DNA from: Bacteroidota bacterium
Lineage (GTDB): Bacteria; Bacteroidota; Bacteroidia; UKL13-3
Assembly: GCA_040385895.1 (NCBI GenBank)
Contig: JAZKGM010000184.1
Location: forward strand, 1 to 41,347
Direction of reading: 5' to 3'
Length of the DNA stretch: 41,347 bases
Each line of letters starts with the position of its first letter. The first letter of the stretch is position 1. A program made the translations under genes and the position numbers. Below the pieces are notes generated by a model. The model was not told where the DNA came from. It saw only the letters and a list, made by a program, of their open reading frames with translations, and did no database searches. Shown here piece after piece: positions 8,388-18,200 of the stretch.

Positions 8388-8638
8388 ACCGAATAGTTAA
8401 GGGCATCCGGTAAACAGGTGGATGATATAATTGATTAAAATCATGGCTTTGTTTGTGAGGTTCAAGGTGAACTTTACTAAGCCGAAATTTAAGGTTTTTT
8501 TAAGCAGGCGGACAAGGCCTGTTTAACAGGCCTTCAAAGGTTCTCAGCCTGTTCTTTCACAGCAATTGTACTACTTTACCCAACCTTTACGTTCCCGATT
8601 TGTATTTATTACCAAGTTGATATAGCTTCGCCCACCGA

Positions 8639-9049
8639 ATGTCAAGGCCTGTTAAATATTTTTTTCTCTCCATATTCATCATACTGCTTAGCGGTTCCAG
8701 CCAGCTTTCGGGCCAGCGCAGCATGGATAGCAGCAATCATTGTGCGAAGCAAGCCCTTGCCTTTCCCGATTTTGCAAATATCCGTAAAGCCATCGATGGC
8801 CTTTACATAGTTCATTCCCCGCTTCAAAAGGCTACTTATGAGATCAGCGTTTCCTTCTTCGAAAACGAAGAGGATGATGACCTTTCCTCATTCAAAAAAC
8901 ATTTTAAAAGCTGTGGCTTCCCAATCCTTTTGCTTACCCGGGTATTGGGTAATGCTTTTAGCTGCGATAATACCATCACACCTTCTTACGGGCATTATTC
9001 TTATACGTCATCGCTTGGGAATATCGGGCTCCAGGTATTCAGAATATAA
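8639..9049 (+). CDS. Hypothetical small secreted protein (doubtful)
   Basis: 136-aa ORF with a signal-peptide-like N-terminus (FFLSIFIILLSGSSQLSG). It competes with antisense ORF 8642-8827 and several broken antisense frames. No recognisable family. Confidence 0.3.
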   Translation: MSRPVKYFFLSIFIILLSGSSQLSGQRSMDSSNHCAKQALAFPDFANIRKAIDGLYIVHSPLQKATYEISVSFFENEEDDDLSSFKKHFKSCGFPILLLTRVLGNAFSCDNTITPSYGHYSYTSSLGNIGLQVFRI

Positions 9050-9207
9050 TTTAATGAAACAGGCAGGCTACCCCGGGCAGTTATTGCCTGCGCGGTAATC
9101 CTTTCGCCTGCCGTTTGGTGTGCTCTTCCAAAAGAATGCACCCGGTGTGTTGTGTTTTGCGCAATACACCTCTTTTTCCAACTAAACCAATTACTAAAAT
9201 AACAATA

Positions 9208-10299
9208 ATGATACTGAGACGCACTCTCATGTTCCTGGGCTTATGTACTGCACTGCTGGTTTATACCGGCTGCCACTCAGGACACACAGATGAAAAAGAA
9301 GCTGAAACCCGGTTTTCAGTTACCAACCCGTTAAAAAAAGACACCCTTACAACAAGAGAGTATGTATGCCAGATCCATTCGATCCAGCACATTGAGTTAA
9401 GGGCCCTGGAAAGGGGTTACCTGCAGAAGATTTATGTAGATGAAGGACAGTTTGTAAAAAAAGGACAACTGATGTTCCAGATCATGCCGCTGGTATACCA
9501 GGCCGAGCAGCAAAAGGCCAAAGCCGAAGTTGATTTTGTAGAGATCGAATACCTGAACACCAAACAGCTTGCCGACAGCAATGTGGTGTCGAAAAATGAG
9601 CTTGCACTGGCTAAGGCCAAACTGAATAAAGCAAAGGCTGAGCTGGCGCTGGCACAAACCCACCTTCAGTTCACGGAGATCAGGGCGCCATTTGATGGTA
9701 TCATGGATCACTTCTATGTAAGACAAGGAAGTCTTCTGGATGAAGGCGATCTGCTTACCACCTTATCAGACAACAGTAAGATGTGGGTGTACTTTAACGT
9801 ACCCGAAGCTGAATACCTGAACTATAAAACACATGTTGAAAAAGACAACATGAAAGTCAACCTGATGATGGCAAACAGCCAGCTGTTCAGGTATCCGGGT
9901 ATAGTTGAAACAATAGAAGCCGATTTTAACAATGAAACAGGAAACATCGCTTTCAGGGCAACCTTCCCAAATCCTGACAGGTTGCTGAGGCATGGTGAGA
10001 CAGGAAATGTGCAGGTGGCGGCACCGTATAAAAATGCCCTGATCATTCCTCAAAAAGCCACCTTCGAGGTGCTTGAGAAAAAATATGTGTATGTAATAGA
10101 TAAGGATAATAAAGTGAAGTCGAGGGAGATTACCATTGCCGCAGAATTGCCGCATATTTTTATCGTAAAAAGTGGCCTTAAAGAAACCGACAGGATCCTG
10201 CTTGAGGGATTGCGCCAGGTGAAGGAAAATGAAGAGATAGGATACAATGTGGTGAAGGCTGATTCTGTGATCGCCCACCTTGATTTGTATGCCGAGTAA
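9208..10299 (+). CDS. RND efflux periplasmic adaptor (membrane fusion protein, HlyD/AcrA family), lipoprotein
   Basis: Lipobox LLVYTGC|HSG. It has a coiled-coil hairpin region (QAEQQKAKAEVDF...LAKAKLNKAKAELALAQTHLQFTEIRAPFDGI) and a beta-barrel/MPD tail. Start taken at ATG 9208 rather than TTG 9115. Confidence 0.9.
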   Translation: MILRRTLMFLGLCTALLVYTGCHSGHTDEKEAETRFSVTNPLKKDTLTTREYVCQIHSIQHIELRALERGYLQKIYVDEGQFVKKGQLMFQIMPLVYQAEQQKAKAEVDFVEIEYLNTKQLADSNVVSKNELALAKAKLNKAKAELALAQTHLQFTEIRAPFDGIMDHFYVRQGSLLDEGDLLTTLSDNSKMWVYFNVPEAEYLNYKTHVEKDNMKVNLMMANSQLFRYPGIVETIEADFNNETGNIAFRATFPNPDRLLRHGETGNVQVAAPYKNALIIPQKATFEVLEKKYVYVIDKDNKVKSREITIAAELPHIFIVKSGLKETDRILLEGLRQVKENEEIGYNVVKADSVIAHLDLYAE

Positions 10300-10321
10300 T
10301 CAACCCTAAAAACAAAATAAC

Positions 10322-13300
10322 ATGTTTAGTAAGTTTATACGCAGACCGGTATTTGCGATAGTCATATCGGTCGTCATCATCTTTGTGGGTGTACTGGCCA
10401 TCAAAAAGCTGCCTATTTCGCAGTTCCCTGATATTGCACCCACAACAGTAAATATTTTTATCGCTTATCCCGGATCGAGTGCTGACGTACTGGTAAAATC
10501 AACCCTGATCACACTGGAGCAGGCCATCAACGGGGTACAGGACATGAGGTACATTGCAACCGATGCCACCAGTGCCGGTGAGGCCACATTACGTATCATT
10601 TTTGAACCGGGCACCGATCCCAACGATGCCGTTATCAGGGTGAAAACAAGGGTAGACCAGGTGATGCCGCTTTTGCCTGAGCTGGTTCAACGCGAAGGGG
10701 TTATTATTACGCCCATTCAGCCCAGTATGTTGATGTATGTCAACCTCTATTCGAAGGATAAGAGCATTGACGAAAAATTCCTGTTCAACTATGCCACTGT
10801 AAAAATGATCCCCGAGATCCAGCGGACCAAAGGCGTGGCAAGGGCCCAGATCCTGGGCAGCCGGAGATACGCCATGCGTGTTTGGTTGAATCCCGAACGG
10901 ATGCGTGCCTATAAGATTTCGGTGGAAGAAGTGATGAAGGCAATAGGCGAACAGAGCATCATCGGGCGCCCGGGAAGGATCGGGCAAAGCTCGGGTATTG
11001 CTGCGCAATCGCTCGAATATGTACTCACCTATAAAGGAAGGTACAATAAGCCTGAAGAATATGAAGCGATTATTATCCGCGCCAATCCGGAAGGTGAAAG
11101 TATTCACCTGAGAGACATTGCAAGGGTAGAGCTGGGGAGTGAATTCTTCGACATCTATTCGAATCTTGACGGGCATCCTTCGGCCGCTATTGTGTTAAAG
11201 CAAAATTATGGCAGCAATGCGAGCGATGTAATTGCAGAAGTGAAAGCGAAGCTCGATGTGATGAAAGAATCTTTTCCTCCGGGAGTGGATTATAAGATCA
11301 GCTATGATGTTTCTCAATTCCTGGATGCTTCTATAGAGCAGGTGCTCCATACGCTGCGGGATGCCTTTATACTGGTGGCCATCGTGGTGTTCATATTCCT
11401 TGGCGACTGGCGTTCTACGCTGATCCCCATCCTTGCTGTTCCCGTCTCGCTTATCGGTGCATTTTTCGTGATCCAGTTCTTTGGGCTTTCCATCAACCTG
11501 GTTACGCTTTTCGCACTTGTGCTTGCAATCGGTATTGTGGTCGATGATGCGATCGTGGTGGTGGAGGCTGTGCATGCGAAGATGGAGGAGAAACCCAACA
11601 TCAGTCCTTACAATGCAGTCAGGGAAGTGTTGGGTGAGATCAGCGGGGCCATTATCGCCATCACCATGGTTATGGTGTCGGTGTTCGTTCCTATTTCATT
11701 TATGTCGGGGCCGGTAGGAACATTTTACCGCCAGTTTTCCATCACCATGGCCAGTTCGATCGTGATCTCTGCCTTGATCGCTCTTACGCTTACACCTGTG
11801 CTATGTGCCATGTTGCTGAAAAACCACCATGGCCATCCGAAGAAAAAAAACATCCTCACCAGATCGCTTGATGGTTTCAACAGGGGCTTTGAAAAGCTTA
11901 CCGGAAAATATGTTTGGTTGCTCAAATTGATCGTTCACAGAAGGGTGGTTACGTTTGGCGTATTGCTCTTGTTTTGCGCGGGGATCTACTACGAAAGCCA
12001 GGTTGTTCCATCCGGGTTTATTCCCAATGAAGACCAGGGGACGATATATGCCATTATTCAGACCCCCCCGGGTTCTACGCTTGAAAAAACCAACCAGGTT
12101 TCGCAAAGGCTTCAGAAGGTGTGTGAAGAAGTTGAAGGTGTTGAATCCGTATCATCACTGGCAGGTTATGAGATCATGACGGAAGGACGCGGATCGAATG
12201 CCGGTACCTGCCTGATCAATCTCAAGAACTGGTCGGATCGCCACCATACCGTTAAAGAGATCATGGAAGAACTGGAAGAGAAGTCGAGAGGCCTTGGTGC
12301 TGTTGTCGAATTCTTTGAACCACCGGCAATTCCCGGCTTCGGTACATCAGGAGGCTTTTCTATGCGTTTGCTGGATAAAACCGGTAGCGATGATTACCAT
12401 GGCTTTGATGTGATCAATAAGGAGTTTATGGATAACCTGGGTAAGCGCAAAGAGCTTACCGGTTTGTTTACCTTTTTCGCTGCCAATTATCCGCAATACG
12501 AACTGGAGATCGATAACAACCTGGCCATGCAAAAAGGGGTGTCTATCGGAAAAGCGATGGATAACCTCAATATATTGATCGGAAGTACTTACGAACAGGG
12601 TTTTATTAAGTACAACCAGTTTTTCAAAGTATACGTGCAGTCCGATCCCAAATTCAGGCGGCTTCCATCCGACCTCTTAAACCTTTTTGTGAAAAACGAC
12701 CGTGGAGAAATGGTGCCGTATTCCGCATTTATGAGGCTCAAAAAAGGCCAGGGACCGAATGAAATTACACGCTTCAACCTGTACAACTCAGCGGCCATAC
12801 AAGGTCTTCCTGCCAAAGGATACACCACAGCCGATGCCATACAGGCGATACGTGAAGTTTCGGCCAAAACCTTACCCAGGGGATACGACATTGCCTTTGA
12901 AGGTTTATCGTACGATGAATCGATACGGGGCAATGAGGCACTTTATGTGTTCATCATCGTATTGTTGTTTGTGTATTTTGTATTGGCTGCACAGTATGAA
13001 AGTTTCATCATTCCGTTGGCTGTAGTGCTCTCGCTGCCGGTGGGGGTGTTCGGCTCATTTTTAATGCTTAAGCTGATGGGATTGGAGAACAATATATATG
13101 CACAGGTGGGATTGATCATGCTGGTGGGATTATTAGGTAAAAATGCGGTATTGATCGTAGAGTTTGCCATTCAGAAACGCCACCAGGGGGCAACCATCCT
13201 GGACGCAGCCATTGAAGGGGCAAAGGTACGTTTTCGCCCGATCCTGATGACCTCATTCGCCTTTGTTGCGGGACTGATCCCATTAATTATTGCAACGGGT

Positions 13301-13531
13301 GCTGGTGCTATCGGTAACCGCACCATCGGTGGTTCGGCTTTGGGAGGGATGTTGTTCGGAACTGTTTTCGGTGTGATCATCATCCCCGGGCTCTATTTCA
13401 TTTTCGCCAAGCTTGCCGATGGCCGTCACCTGATCAAACATGAAGACGAAGATTCGCTGACCGAAAACCTGGTTCACCAGATGGATAGTTTCTCTCAAAC
13501 CAACAATGAAAGTGAAGATCAAGAACATTAA
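10322..13531 (+). CDS. RND efflux transporter permease (AcrB/HAE1 family)
   Basis: 1069 aa with 12-TM AcrB architecture. The N-terminus MFSKFIRRPVFAIVISVVIIFVG..L.I.QFPDIAPT, LVLAIGIVVDDAIVVVE (TM4 DD motif) and LIMLVGLLGKNAVLIVEFA are all family hallmarks. Confidence 0.95.
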   Translation: MFSKFIRRPVFAIVISVVIIFVGVLAIKKLPISQFPDIAPTTVNIFIAYPGSSADVLVKSTLITLEQAINGVQDMRYIATDATSAGEATLRIIFEPGTDPNDAVIRVKTRVDQVMPLLPELVQREGVIITPIQPSMLMYVNLYSKDKSIDEKFLFNYATVKMIPEIQRTKGVARAQILGSRRYAMRVWLNPERMRAYKISVEEVMKAIGEQSIIGRPGRIGQSSGIAAQSLEYVLTYKGRYNKPEEYEAIIIRANPEGESIHLRDIARVELGSEFFDIYSNLDGHPSAAIVLKQNYGSNASDVIAEVKAKLDVMKESFPPGVDYKISYDVSQFLDASIEQVLHTLRDAFILVAIVVFIFLGDWRSTLIPILAVPVSLIGAFFVIQFFGLSINLVTLFALVLAIGIVVDDAIVVVEAVHAKMEEKPNISPYNAVREVLGEISGAIIAITMVMVSVFVPISFMSGPVGTFYRQFSITMASSIVISALIALTLTPVLCAMLLKNHHGHPKKKNILTRSLDGFNRGFEKLTGKYVWLLKLIVHRRVVTFGVLLLFCAGIYYESQVVPSGFIPNEDQGTIYAIIQTPPGSTLEKTNQVSQRLQKVCEEVEGVESVSSLAGYEIMTEGRGSNAGTCLINLKNWSDRHHTVKEIMEELEEKSRGLGAVVEFFEPPAIPGFGTSGGFSMRLLDKTGSDDYHGFDVINKEFMDNLGKRKELTGLFTFFAANYPQYELEIDNNLAMQKGVSIGKAMDNLNILIGSTYEQGFIKYNQFFKVYVQSDPKFRRLPSDLLNLFVKNDRGEMVPYSAFMRLKKGQGPNEITRFNLYNSAAIQGLPAKGYTTADAIQAIREVSAKTLPRGYDIAFEGLSYDESIRGNEALYVFIIVLLFVYFVLAAQYESFIIPLAVVLSLPVGVFGSFLMLKLMGLENNIYAQVGLIMLVGLLGKNAVLIVEFAIQKRHQGATILDAAIEGAKVRFRPILMTSFAFVAGLIPLIIATGAGAIGNRTIGGSALGGMLFGTVFGVIIIPGLYFIFAKLADGRHLIKHEDEDSLTENLVHQMDSFSQTNNESEDQEH

Positions 13532-14960
13532 AAACAGGCTGAGCAGTGCCGCGATCGGTGCTGCCCTGATACTGGCTACGGGATGTAGTTTACCATCAAC
13601 AATAAAGCTCAGGCAGGAAAATAAAACGGTTCCTTCGGGGTATAGCGGTGCATCGAAGGATACAGTAAACTCGGGGATGATCCAGTGGAAAAATTTCTTC
13701 ACCGATCCATACCTTCATGCATTGATCGATACTGCGCTTCAAAACAACCAGGAGTACAATATCATGATGCAGGAGATCAATATTGCGCAAAGTGAAGCGA
13801 AGGCAAGAAAAGGAGAATACCTGCCATTTCTGAATATTGGTGGGAGTGCCGGGGTTGAAAAAGCCGGAACGTATACAAGGAATGGTGCCGTTGAAAGAAA
13901 CCTCGAGCTCAATCCCGGAAAAGAAAATCCGGAGCCGCTTCCCGATTTTATGATAGGTGCCAATGCCTCGTGGGAGCTTGATATCTGGAAGAAGCTGCGC
14001 AATACTAAAAAATCGGCAGTGCTTAAATACCTGGCTACCGTTGAAGGCAGAAATTTTATGAGAACCAACCTCGTTGCCGAAATTGCCAGCTCTTATTATG
14101 AGTTGATGGCATTCGATAACCAGCTCGATATTCTGAAGCAGAATATTGAGATCCAGCAAAACGCGCTTGAGATTGTGAAAATGCAGAAGGAAGCGGCCAA
14201 AACCACAGAGCTGGCAGTGCGCAAGTTTGAAGCAGAGGTGCTCAAAAACCAGGCCCACCAGTACTACATTATGCAACAGATCACGGAAGCAGAAAACAAG
14301 ATCAATTTTCTTGTGGGAAGATTTCCGCAACCTGTACCACGCAACTCACAGGCTTTTGTCAATTTGCTTCCCGATTCCATTCATGGCGGCATTCCCTCCC
14401 AGCTGTTGAGCAACCGTCCTGATATCAAACAGGCAGAACTGGAGCTTGCTGCAGCCAAACTGGATGTAAAAGCAGCCAGGGCCAATTTTTATCCGTCTCT
14501 AAGGATCACGGCAGGTATAGGTTACCAGGCTTTTAATCCGCAGTTTATCCTCAAGTCGCCCGAGTCGATGATCTATTCGGCAGCAGGAGAACTGGTGGCT
14601 CCATTGATCAACCGGAATGCGATCAAAGCTTACTATTATTCAGCTTCATCAAAACAACTCCAGAACGTGTACAACTACGAACGCACCATTTTAAGGGCGC
14701 ATATTGAAGTAGCCAACCAGCTTTCCAACATCTCCAACCTGGAGAAAAGTTACGCCTTTAAAGAAAAGCAGGTGCAGGCGCTAAATGAATCGATCAATAT
14801 TTCAACAAGGCTGTTCAAGTCGGCCCGCGCTGATTATATGGAAGTGTTGCTCACACAACGTGATGCACTGGAATCGCGGTTTGAACTGATCGAAACCAAA
14901 ATGCAACAGCTGAACGCACGGGTGAATATGTACCAGGCGTTAGGCGGGGGCTGGAACTAA
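13506..14960 (+). CDS. Outer-membrane efflux factor (TolC/NodT family lipoprotein)
   Basis: Lipobox LATGC|S, NRPDIKQAELELAAAKLDVKAARANFYPSL and C-terminal YQALGGGW are classic OMF motifs. It overlaps the pump gene by 26 nt. Confidence 0.92.
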   Translation: MKVKIKNIKNRLSSAAIGAALILATGCSLPSTIKLRQENKTVPSGYSGASKDTVNSGMIQWKNFFTDPYLHALIDTALQNNQEYNIMMQEINIAQSEAKARKGEYLPFLNIGGSAGVEKAGTYTRNGAVERNLELNPGKENPEPLPDFMIGANASWELDIWKKLRNTKKSAVLKYLATVEGRNFMRTNLVAEIASSYYELMAFDNQLDILKQNIEIQQNALEIVKMQKEAAKTTELAVRKFEAEVLKNQAHQYYIMQQITEAENKINFLVGRFPQPVPRNSQAFVNLLPDSIHGGIPSQLLSNRPDIKQAELELAAAKLDVKAARANFYPSLRITAGIGYQAFNPQFILKSPESMIYSAAGELVAPLINRNAIKAYYYSASSKQLQNVYNYERTILRAHIEVANQLSNISNLEKSYAFKEKQVQALNESINISTRLFKSARADYMEVLLTQRDALESRFELIETKMQQLNARVNMYQALGGGWN

Positions 14961-14982
14961 AAGTTTTTCTTCATGATGAATA

Positions 14983-15018
14983 GCGGGATGTCATACCTTA
15001 TGGCATTCCGCTTTTTTA
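14983..15018 (+). terminator. Terminator of the efflux operon
   Basis: Imperfect hairpin gcgggatgtcat-acctt-atggcattccgc (two G-T pairs) followed by tttttt. Confidence 0.6.
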
Positions 15019-15209
15019 TGTCTTTGAACCATCGGCTTAAACAGATGTTAAGCTATTCTTTTATCCTAGTTGGCGTGCCTGTTCATTGTATCACCGGGCC
15101 ACTTATTAACCGACCGCTGCCAGTTAATTCAAAATCCTTCCCACTTATAAAGTGAGCTGTATACGTGAATGCATGATGTGTGATCTTCGGTTGCCTAATT
15201 CTACACATT

Positions 15210-18200
15210 ATGAAAAGCAAATTTACTTTAATGCTCTTTTATGCCATCAGCTTGTTGCTGGTGAGCATGGAAGCAAAAAGCCAGATCGCCAGAAAAGTTT
15301 ATGGCGGCCCGGCCAATGAAACCAATGCGCATGTACAGCCCTCCCTGGGAGGGTTCCATTACATCATTTCAAAAACGGGTACAGGAACCCCACAAACCAT
15401 TCATATAAGCAGGTATGATGCAGCAGGAAATATGATCTGGCGGAAAAACTACACCGGTGTTTTAGGGAATACAGATGAGGTGGTATCTACCCTGGAAGAC
15501 CGCTCGGGAGCGCTGGTATTGCTTGTTAATGATGTTACCCCGCCTCCGCCTCCACCAGGCCTGAGCATCCTCCAGTATTTCAAAATTGTTAAAATAAATG
15601 CTGCCGGGGGACTGATCTCGTTCTGGTCGTATGCACCCGGCCTGATCGCGATCCCTCTTCAGCACACACGTGGTGTAAAGATCATGCAAAGCTTTACCGA
15701 TGATAATTATTATGTGATCGGCAACAGGATCCCGGCCGGAGCAAACCAGTTAGATGTGGGCGTGATCTTCAGAATAGATAATCTTGTGGGCTCCGTGCTG
15801 CATCAAAACCAGTTTCAATATAATTTTAACGGTACAAAACGCGATATCGGGTTCTATGACCTGGCGCAGATCAATGCAACCAACTGGGTAATCAGCGGGG
15901 CTTATTTGCCATTGCCAGCTAATACCCGGTATAATAACCTTGCCCTGGTATATAACTTCTCAGGAACCGGTTCGATCGTTGCCGTGAAACAGATCGAGTT
16001 CGACCAGAATAACCACGAAGCCTTTGACCGGGTGGTAGTAGACCAAAACCGGGGCAGGATCTATTTCGGGTATCATTTACATACAACGAACATACAGCAC
16101 AATATAGGCGTGGTATGTACCGATTACCTGCTTAATGTGACCTGGCGCACACGTATTACGCCTGTAACGGGAGAAGCCGAACGAATGAGCAGCATGATCT
16201 ACGATGCAGTTTCTGACCAGATCCTCACATCGGGATTTAGCGTAAGCACAGACCATGGCTTTATCACCAGCTTTTCTCCCACCGGCATCCGCAACTGGAC
16301 CAAAATTCCATCGGGTCTTGCGCTTAACGCTGCCCAGGCTCCGTTCCGCATCGCCTTATCAGCCAACAATACGATCTTATACAGCAGTGATATTCAAAAT
16401 GGCGGAAACAGGGACCTTACCTGGGGATCTACCGGCATATCCGGTGAACCGGGCGCATGTTTTAATCCTAAAGCGTATAATGCTGCCGTTCTTCCTTTTG
16501 TGCAATCACAGGACCCGATCGATCTGTCAGATCCTATGTTTTATCGCGATAACACGGAGTGTGCTGTTGCAGACATGCCTATGCCGGAGCAGGGAGTTTG
16601 TGCAAATTGTGTATTACCTGGCGATGTGATCAAATATGGCTATGCGGTGCTGCTTGGAAGTAATTTCTGGGGTACACAAACGCAGGGGGCCAAATATTAT
16701 ATTGACGGGGTGCTTACTGTTCCTTCGGGAGCCACGCTCGACATCACCAATGTGGATGTGATCTTCGGAAAAAACGGGGCCATCGTGTTCCAGGACGGAG
16801 CCATCCTCAGGGCCAACAATTCGGTGTTCCGTCCCTGCGATCCGGACCTTACCTGGAAAGGCATCTCTTTCCAGGGCAATGCCAAAGGCGTGGTTAACAA
16901 CTGCATATTTAAAAATGCAGCTTTTGCACTCGATATCGCTAACGGAAGGAACCAGCTTAAGATCACCAATAACCAGTTTTCCAATTGCCTGGTCAGCATC
17001 AGGATCACCAACACCCATACCGAACATGCTTCTGTTACCGGAAATAAGTTCTTTGCCGATTATTCAGACCTTGACTTCGGAATGGTGAACCCGGTATATT
17101 TATTCAGCAATACCTACACCGGGGTTCTGCTCCGTGCAAATACCGAAAGCATCGTGATCTCGCAGAATGAGTTCCTGCTTACCAGGAGTGCAGGCAATGT
17201 GCACATGTTGTATGGCATATATGCCACTCAGTCCAATACCGATATTTCGTCAAATGCATTCACCAGCTGCTACCGGGCGGTCGACCTGTTGCAACCCCTC
17301 GGTTTCAGTGTAGAGAATAACAAGATGGAAGTGACCCGTAAAAAGCATGACCAGGATTACCAGGTAAAAGTAACCTCCTCGGGTGCGTTACTTGCTACCA
17401 TTGCCAATAACCAGATCAGTAATTTTAATATGGCCAATGAGTTTATTTCAACACAGGCCGCTATTTACGCTGATTTTTCAAGTTACCTTAAGATCCATGA
17501 TAATGAGATCAAGGGGTTTGAAACCGGGTTGAAGATCAACCAGCTTACCGGTGCAAAGATCTATTCCAATCACATTACAGGCTGTCATATGTATGGAATT
17601 CATGCAGAAAATTGCATGTCGACCACCATAAAATGCAATGTAATAGACATGAACTACACGAAAGACAATACCCGCAACTGTGCAGGGATCAGGTATTATC
17701 AAACCCTCCCTCATCATAATAACCTGGACATACGTGGCAATTGTATCTTAAATACATATGATGCCATCGTCCTTTTTTCTTCCATGAGTTGGGTTACCAT
17801 ACCGGTAATCCGGAACAATTACCTGTATAACTATATCTATAACGGAATTTATAACGATAATTTCACGGGCTCTATCGGTACGGCCGCAGCAGCGCCCGGT
17901 GCAGGTAAAAATGTATTTATCAGCAATAACTATAACCCGTTTAGCGGTGCGATCGATATCTATTCAACTGTGCTTTTGTATGAAAACGGAAATTACAATA
18001 TCATGTCAACAGGCGGCATGGTTGGCAGCATGGGCGGAAGCAACCATTCTTCGGCTTCGTGCGGCCACTTTTTTGCCGGGAACAATAACAATGCACAGCG
18101 TATAGAACAGGAAGATAAATGCGACAGTGATGCTTCTTCGTCAGGAACACTGATCCCGCGCAGCGCCACTCCACCTTATGCCGGGTTGTTTGTTAAGCCC

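Noticed and set aside
8642-8827. Minus-strand 61-aa ORF with a GKGKG segment that superficially resembles GNAT motif A
   Set aside because: The match is too short and lacks the R/Q-x-x-G-x-G/A context. The upstream frames are interrupted by stops. It is reported only as part of the ambiguous-region finding, not as a gene.
10589-11176. 195-aa minus-strand ORF, plus many other 60-130-aa ORFs on both strands, inside the RND pump gene (10322-13531)
   Set aside because: They are entirely embedded antisense or out of frame in a gene with unmistakable AcrB-family sequence. They have a low-complexity, Arg/His/Pro-rich composition with no motifs, so they are shadow ORFs.
13596-14330. 244-aa minus-strand ORF antisense to the outer-membrane efflux factor
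   Set aside because: It fully overlaps a confidently identified TolC/NodT-family gene. Its product is Cys/His/Phe-rich with no recognisable domain, so it is a shadow ORF.
14973-15155. 60-aa plus-strand ORF between the efflux operon and the T9SS cargo gene
   Set aside because: It starts inside the efflux-operon terminator hairpin and has no signal or motif. It lies in what is more plausibly the promoter region of the next gene.
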